A stretch of 64,000 nt of DNA from Bugula neritina (Eukaryota > Animalia > Bryozoa): positions 24,668,126 to 24,732,125 of the forward strand of contig OZ037766.1 in assembly GCA_964035545.1 (NCBI GenBank), given 5' to 3'. Made by a program: the position numbers and the translations under genes. Position 1 is the stretch's first letter, and the number at the start of each line of letters is the position of its first letter. Of the stretch, positions 55,860-64,000 are shown in pieces. Under the pieces are notes generated by a model that ran no database searches, had not been told where the DNA came from, and was given only the letters and a program-made list of their open reading frames with translations.

Positions 55860-58440
55860 CCCTGGCCTCAGGAAGGTTAATTGGTAACAACCTGAGGTGC
55901 TTCCTGTTTCTCCTAACTTTGCTAAAGCCTACTTTTACCCAGTAGCTATCTGAGCTATTGTTCTTCTCAAGAACAATTCCTCAGCACCGCTGTCAGTAGG
56001 TGCCTAAACTCAGACTGTGTCTCCTGGCTTTAGCTCCTGGAGCTCTTTTGTTCTATGTTTCCTGTTATGCTGGACTTTGGCTGTTTCCTTAAGTTTAAGG
56101 TCCCGATGCTCAAAGTCATCGTAATCTACTCTACTATTCCTGGAGATGCCCAGTAGTGTTCTCACTGAACGGTGAAACATAAGCTCACTAGAAGAATACC
56201 CCGTGGCTAGGGGGTTGTTCGGTAAGCCAAAAGGGCCAAGTCGTTATCCGCAGACTTTTTCCTAAAGTCTTTTGACAGTTTTGATAGCCCCTTTAGCCAT
56301 ACCATTGAATTCTGGGTATTGAGGGCTGCTTGTTACTAACCTGAATACAAATTGCCAGCAAACTTTAGGAACTCATCACAATTGTAGCAGGGGCCATTGT
56401 CTGACCTAACTACTTTCGAGATACCTAACCTTGAGTAAATGTACTTCATGGCCTGTATGACCGCTTGGGCGGTCTGCCTATGTATGTGTACCGTCTCTAT
56501 CCACCTAGTGTAATAATTTATTACAACAAGGTATAGCTCACCATCTAGACTCTAGAGTGAAGACAACTAAGCCAACCACCTCCCAGGGGCCATTGGGTAG
56601 CTCCATTTCATGTTGATGTTGATGTTTGACCTGCCCATGGATGATGCAAGTGCTACACTTTTCTACATAATGTTGAATATCAAAACTTAACCCTGGCCAC
56701 CAAAATTGTTGTTGACATTGCTTACGACACTTAGTGATACCTTGATAACCTTCATGACACAACTCTAAATAGTTGCTTCTGAGCGTTTGAGAGATGTAAA
56801 CCCTGGCATTATAGTAAAGCAAGCCGTCTGTGACGGTCAATCTATACTGACACCCGCATAGTCGTCTGAACTTGTTGGGTGCTTCTTCTGAGTAGCTGGA
56901 AAGCCACCCATTACCTAAATACCCTGTAACTAGATGATAAAACTCATCATCTGCAACCGTATTTTGAATTTTCTCAAGGATGGAATCGGAGTACCTATGA
57001 TAGCCCTAACATACTCTTCTACTGCTAAGGTTTCTGCTTTATCGGAATCCGTGGAACTATTATATCCAGAGCAGGGCCTACTCAAGGCATCTGCCAAATA
57101 CATCTTACTACCAGGGATGTGAAATATTTTAAAATCATACCTCTTAAGCCGTAGCTTGAACCTCTGCACCCTAATTGGTAGACTAGTTAGATCCTTTTCG
57201 CCTAATATAGGAACTAATGGCTTGTGGTCGGTTTCCACTTCAAATTTCCTACCTACTAAATAGTAATCAAACTTCTCACAAGCCCATGTTGTTGCCAAGG
57301 CCTCTTTTTCTATCATGGCATACCTAGTCTCTGCCTCGGTTAACTTCCTAGAGGTATATACTACAGGTTGCCTGTGTTTCCCAGTCAACTGCAAAAGCAC
57401 TGCGCCTATAGCGCAACTACTAGAGTCGGCAGAGACTCTGTGTTTGCTCTTCGCATTGAAGTTGCATAGTATAGGAGCTTTGGAAAGTTCTTCTCTTATA
57501 TCCTCAAAAGCCTTGGATTGGTCTGGACCAGTCGCTTTTGTTACCTGTTACAGCATGGATCGGCAAAAATAACCACGCAAGCCTAGAGCTAAACTAGCTT
57601 AGGTAGTTAACCATACCTGTGAACCTTCTACCTTCCTTCTTGTTACAAGGAAGGTTCAAATCTAGGATGGCTCTAACCTTTTCTGGATCAGGTTTATTGC
57701 TAGCCGCACTAACTACATGGCCCATGAACTTGACTTCTGAGCAGCCGAACTCACATTTCTCCTTCTTCAGAGTCATTCCTGAAGTTGTTATCCTATCTAA
57801 AACTTTACCCAATCTAGCCCAATGTTCAGCTGGAGTGGCGCCAAACACTAGCACACCATTCATTATACATATTACTCCCTCTAAGCCGAGCAGTATTTTT
57901 TCCATTGTCCGTTAGAAAAACTCCGGGGTCAAGGAAATGCCGATTGGCATCCTATTAAAACAAAACCTACCCCAAAGAGTTACGAAATTAGTGTACAGTT
58001 TACTGGCCTCGTGAATCTTTATCTGCTAAAATCCTGAATTTGCATCTAACTTAGAAAACATAGTGCCTTCTGCTAGGTGTGTTAGCATGTCAGAGATCCT
58101 AGGTAAAAGGTTTATTTCCCGTTTGAGACTTTTTTAAAGCATTGTTAGGTCAATACACACCGTTATCTTACCTCAAGGCTTAGGTGCTATAGTCAGGCCC
58201 GAGCACCAATATGTTGTTTGCTCTACCGGTTCTATGATACCTAATTTAATCATGTTGTCTATCTCAGTCTTAGCTTGATCTCTCAGACCCACAGCTATGG
58301 GTCGGGGAGAGAATAGACACTTAGGTTGCGCATCTTCGTAAATATTATTTTTAAATATACCAGGCATTGCTCTCAAACCGCTAAATAGCTGAGGGTACCT
58401 CTGGAGAAGGTCAAACTCTGCCTTACTTACTGCGTTAACA
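55860..58440 (-). pseudogene. Disrupted Gypsy pol (RT-RNaseH-integrase)
   Basis: Fragmented ORFs 58173-58376, 57594-57905 (YxDD degenerated to IMNG), 56930-57400 and 56538-56840, separated by stops and frameshifts. Boundaries approximate. Confidence 0.85.
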
Positions 58441-58772
58441 ACAAGCTGATGACACTGAGTGCGATAATCAAGTTCAAAATTTTAATTATCAGTCAGCTCG
58501 ATATCCCTTAGTTGACTTTAAACTTAATAATAAATTTAAATAATCAAATTTAATATTTTAACCGAATTACAAATAACAATATCAACATTTCTGAAAATCA
58601 CTCTCCCTCTCAATATCTTTAAATAACCTAAACTCGTATTTATACTCTCTAGATAAACTCTCACTCGTTACTCCACAAATAATAATTATTGTAAACTCTC
58701 TGAATAAACGCTCCTCCTCCACTAATAATCTCCCTGCTGCCCTAGACTGTCAGTATCTTGCTGACTGCGCCA

Positions 58773-58983
58773 TAAAATATAACGTTCGACTTACTTGACA
58801 GTCAGCGTAAGAGTGTCGGCTCCTCGTGGTGTCTCTGTTTCCTTAGTCTGGTATCTAAACCAGCTTGCAGGCTGGTCGTTAATCAGATTACTAGTAAGGC
58901 GAGTCTGTCCCGGTATCCAATGAGGTCTAGTTACTAGTTAGCTTCCGCTAACCTGCTAATACTATCAGCTACATTATATTCCA
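58773..58983 (-). repeat. 5' LTR (211 bp)
   Basis: Direct repeat of 54879-55082 with 12 substitutions (manual count) and a 7-bp CTAGTTA duplication; adjacent to the PBS. Confidence 0.92.
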
Positions 58984-60327
58984 TTTGCAAGTTAAGTTCA
59001 ATTTATAGTATCATGCAGTGTGCTATAAAATGAAACATGGAAAAAAGGCATTCCTTCTAAAATCAGGCATGCAGTATTGTACCAAACAAAAGAATCAATG
59101 CTTTCTATATACTGCTTTTATAATCGCTTATAAAAATGTAGGTAATTTATATATATATCACTCTTTCTAAAACTATATACAAAAACATTGAACTCAAATA
59201 AAGTACTAGGAGATCTTATTAGATAACTCATTGGCTTATATCTTTGAATACTAATACTTTTTTTTAAAGCTGAAAGTCACTGTTTCAACTTTGCTCAAAG
59301 GTGTTGTGTTAAATCTATCACCTATATTTAAAAGTATTATTCAAAATCTTGTTCTATAATAATTATGTATAAATATAGTTCATTTTGTGTGAAAAAGCAG
59401 TGAACATTCTATAAGCAAAAAATTATCAAGTACTAACTTAACATATAGCTCTAGTAGCTGTGTGTTTTTGTAACACAAGGTGAGGTGCAATAGCTGCCCC
59501 AGGTTGTATACTGCTAGGCTTCACACTAATATATAATTATAGTAAAGCAACATCGGAATAGCATAATACACATGTAGTGTAATTGTTTAATTTTAATAAT
59601 TTTTATAATGTTGCTTAAGCTTATAGCCTTGAGCTGTCCGGTACATTTCTTTGTTGGTTGGAAATATTTCAAGATTTGAGTTCATACAAAATTATATTGC
59701 CATTGCTAATAATGATTTGTTTAAAAAAACTTTTTGGGATGCCAGGCAATGCATGAGAATAGGTATACAATGATGATTCATTTATAGATAATAATAATGA
59801 TAATGAAATTGAATTATTATCAATTTCTACGTTACTGTCATATTTTCATTAATCAAACATCAATTTTTGTGTGTAATCTCTGCATAATTTCCAATTTATT
59901 TGAATTTTTAGAAGCAAATTAAATAGGAAATTGACTACTTATATAATGTCAATACATACAAACTGAATGGGATATGCTCATCAATTACTACTATATATAT
60001 ATATGTTAGCTTAAATTATCACCATCTTCAATTATATTTTGGTTATAGTTTAATACACTCCAAATAAAATTTTGTCAGCATAGCTAAATGCTATTTTTAT
60101 TTATACTTTGATTGGTGGTTTTATTAATCAGTTGACCAATTGACATTGTCTTCCTGCGTTTTCAAATATACAGCTAGAAACTCATTGGAGTGTATATAAA
60201 GCAAACTCCTCATTGTCTCGTTGTTGTAGTACTTATACAACTTAAAATAAAAGCAGATTATTATATAGTGAAGCAAGCAGCTATCATAGAAGCAGTATAC
60301 GAATAATTCTCTATAAGGCAGTTGACA

Positions 60328-63300
60328 ATGGTAAGTAAAACACTATATTATTTTAGATACCATACCACCTTAAGTTTAAATGGTAAACTGCAGCTGCAGC
60401 TAATAGACAGAATTTAAACATGTTTATTATTATGAACAATCAAAAAGAGATTTTGTAGTGCAATTAACTTTGACTAACTATAAAAATTTGTGAAAAAATT
60501 AGGAAATTAGATAAATTTGCAGAAAAAATACAGTAGGTTTTATACTATATATGTAAGCAGCTTTTTTATTCAAGTGTATAGTAATTTGAACGATCAATTA
60601 AATATTGCTAATTGTTATAAAAGCCAGTCTGTAGCCTTTCTCATAAATTAGGTAGTAATTTAATGTCACGTAGCTAAAAGTCAGATGCAATATGGCTAAT
60701 TTCACCAAATCAGCAATTGTAAACATTACTCTATATGTCAGCATGCAATCTGGAAATTAAATCATAAAACTTGTTGATAATTTCTTCAATTATGCTAATT
60801 GTTTGATTGGTTTTATGCAATAATATTTTGTATAGTTGCCTGTTTTAAAATACTTTCATATTGGATCACTAAAACATATGCCCATGACCTTATTCACTTA
60901 ATCCATAGTCTTATCTGTGTTTTAGTTGATGCTAAGGATTGCCTGTTTTGCAATGTTAGTTGCTTCATCAAGTGGTGACAACTCTGTCATTGTTCAGTAA
61001 GTAGAATACAAATTAATCATTATTACATTCATGCATGCTAGCCTAATCAAAAAGTTGTTTTAAATATATTTTGTATAATGTGTTTACAATTTGTGCTTAC
61101 ACGCTGAATTTGACATCTCTCTGCTAGTATTATAAGACAACTTAAATTGTACTTTATTTAAAATTAAATTTGTTTTATCTCTTCTTAATTTAATGTATGT
61201 ATAAACATTATATTAGCCTGTGGTGCTTGTTAAGATCAAGAAATGATGTTTTAGAGAGTCATATTACAAAATATGATGCTATTAAAACCTGACCAGCATG
61301 CAGGAAATTTGAACTGCTATGCTAATAATCAATTTGCCATATTAGAAAATAGTTGTTTACTTTTCAATAAGTTGTCGCAATTATATACGCATCACAATTT
61401 CAATTATTTACTTTCATTGATTATCTCAAATAATATCTGGAAAAGAAATAACTTGTTATATATAAATTTCAACTTTTGGCTGCATATATAACATATTTTG
61501 CAAACTGACCAGCATAATATCTTCTGAATATAGAAACAGATATGCAATAATTCAATCTCAAAACTATATGTTCACTGCACCACATGCAAAGAGTTAATGA
61601 CAACTTTATTTGTCACTGATTTTTTGTTACTGCATAATTAGGATAGAAACAAAAAAACTCAATATTTTATTGAAGAAGCTCAAAACTAGTTTTTCATTAA
61701 TGAAAAATAAATTCTTTAAATTTATGAAAGAAACTGTAGTTTTAAATTATAGATGTGCATGGAAGCTGTGGAAAAAATGAACATATTAGGTAGAGGTTTC
61801 AATCATTGAATGTTTAATGTGATATATATTTGTTAAAATGAGTGTGATTTTATAGCTGCTACATCTATAGCTTCGGTTTGCTATAGCTCTGAAATTGCTA
61901 CTTTATATTAGGTAGTTAAAGTTTTGAAGAAATACGATATGCTTCCTTGGTCATGCTGAATCAATACCTATATTGGTAGTTAATATGATTTTATAAAAAA
62001 ATCGTTTTAATTCTTTTAAAATTCTTTGGATTTTGTATTTCTATTTTATGTGCAAACAAAAACTCCTTCATCGAATTGTAATCTGCACTGATAAATTATA
62101 CTATTAATTTTTTTTAGGCTAGATGGATACAAAAAAGCTGAGGTGTATGAAAGAACTGCTTCCATTGTTTATTTCATGGAAAAAGATGAATCTATACCTG
62201 GGAACATACTCTTCACAGACAGCTACTCCTTGAAGACAACAAACGGTGTCTCTGTTTCCACCATAGCTGGATCTCCAACATCAAGTGGCTATAGTAATAG
62301 TCCAGGCACAAGTGGGCGTTTCAATTATATTAATGGAGTTTACCAGAAAAACAGAACCCACGTCATAGTGGCAGATTATGGTAATGCGTGTCTGAGAATG
62401 ATTGACAGAACCAATGGACATATTTCACAATTTGCTGGAACCTGTCGTTCACCTGGACATAGAAATGGGCAAGTTGGTTATGCGTATATGCATTACCCAC
62501 ACCAAATGGTGCTAGACAGCACTAATTCATCCTCACTTGTTCTCTCTCAAAACAGTGCATCTTCATCATATGCTTATCTTAGATCAATTGACATTAACAC
62601 TGGCTACGCAGGACTTTTAGTGTCGTCTGGTTTAAATTATCCCCGTGGGATGATATGGAATGAGAATAAAAACATACTTTATGTGGTGAACAAGCGTCAC
62701 GTTGCTAAGATAATATGGAGCACCAAAAGTGTTCACACTCTAGCAGGTTCAACATCTTCTCGTGGTGATGTTGTTGGAAGTTTTAGTCGAACACGATTTA
62801 GCAATATTAAAGATATATATCATTAATAAGCCGAGACTTAATGATAATCAACGAATTTAGTCATACCAAATTGAAAGCAATCAACATGGCATCTCAAACT
62901 TCTATGACTATAGACATTTCTGGCTTTAGCTCCGGCATTTATTCTGTTGCACAAATATATGGCAGCACTTACATTGGAACCCCTGGATATATTTACAAAC
63001 TTGGAGGTGAATTTACCCATCCAATAAATTTTTACAATCATATTTTCATGGTCAGATAAACATTAAATTGAATGTATAGAGTCAAAATTAAAATCAAATC
63101 AGCAATTGATTGCAAATCTTATTCTGTTAAGTTTATAAGTCAAGAGCTGTAGCTTTAGTGCTTTTAAAAGTATATTGTAGTGAATCAACCACTGGCCTAT
63201 TAGCAAACAATCACAAAAATTACTGTAATAGTTTATATAGTTTATAGAGATTGCTCAACTAATGAACAGGTTTAATACTTCAAATTATGATTATACATAT

Positions 63301-63999
63301 AACTTAAATAACACTGAATTTTTTAATTTATTTTTGCTATGCATGCTTCCTTATTATTACTATATCATACATTTTCACCCGAGATTGTCGACAAAACATT
63401 TTTTATTATCAATACTCAATTGTGATTAAACTTCAAAACTTTATACATGTTTATATTCTAGATATGGATATACAGTGCTCTGTAAATGCTTCCTACCTGA
63501 CAGGTGAAACTGAAGTGACATTTGGTTTGGGCACTCAGGTTTGCACAACCTACCTGGTCAAGATTATTAGTAAGTTACAAAAGATGCAGTTTTTCTGTTT
63601 CACAATATTAATTCCGAGTTAATGATTACATTTATGTTGTTCACTCTAAAAGCAAAAAAAATGTATATATATACGTTGGAAAATGGCTCAGTTTTCTTCG
63701 CAATCTGCTACTAGTGCGTGTTAATTAAAGTCTAAAGCGCAAACACTAAGTCACATCAAGTGCATGCTAAACTGTGAATTTCAATTTCAATTATTTGAGC
63801 TTAAATCAAATTTTTGCCACCAATTGTTACTACCTGTAATCCCGTTTTGTAGAGAGTACTGTAGAGAGAAGAGTTTCTCTAAAGGCAGAGTACTCTGTAT
63901 CCTGTGACCAGCTAATCCTTCAGGGAATGTTTGGGAAAGCTTTATTAGAACCTGTCCTTAAACTTAAGATGACTGAGCTTCAAGATGTTTGTGTAAATG
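60328..63999 (+). pseudogene. Paralog 5, frameshifted in exon 3 and cut by the window edge (exons 60328-60330 [tentative], 60926-60996, 62118-63006, 63462-63569, 63853-63999)
   Basis: Homologous exons with intact splice sites. (AT)4 at 62813-62820 has one extra AT, giving TAA at 62824-62826; removing 2 nt restores KDISLISRDLMII in frame with ORF 62841-63059. Could be a null allele or a consensus error. Confidence 0.72.
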
Positions 64000-64000
64000 G

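Larger units (their letters stand above)
54879..58983 (-). mobile_element. Ty3/Gypsy LTR retrotransposon (Mag-like), decayed, no recognisable gag/protease
   Basis: LTRs at 54879-55082 and 58773-58983 (TG..CA, one end mutated to TA); 5-bp TSD TTTGC at 54874-54878 and 58984-58988; PBS at 58755-58772; polypurine tract at 55083-55093 (- strand); pol fragments in order RT, RNase H (EKEALA, ETDHKPL), integrase (HHCC). Confidence 0.93.

Overview
AT-rich animal (probably marine invertebrate) genomic DNA, not prokaryotic. The window is a head-to-tail tandem array of five paralogous + strand genes. Copies 1-4 are complete 7-exon genes encoding 513-515 aa. Copy 5 has a 2-nt frameshift and runs off the window end. 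Each encodes a signal peptide, an NHL-type beta-propeller on one ~0.89-kb exon and a C-terminal region with 8 invariant cysteines, with no TM segment. Differences between paralogs concentrate in the loops predicted to form one propeller face, while exon 5 is nearly invariant and the copies are mosaics of one another. The intergenic and intronic DNA holds an intact Buster/SPIN-type hAT transposon with a GC-AG intron, a decayed Gypsy LTR element, Penelope-like (GIY-YIG) fragments, non-autonomous TIR elements, tRNA-derived SINE-like repeats, a LINE 3' end and many (TA)n/(GT)n tracts. Eight full-length type I hammerhead ribozyme motifs from several sequence families lie in elements embedded in (TA)n tracts, one on the sense strand of an intron of gene copy 2. 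All calls are by manual reading; no searches were run.
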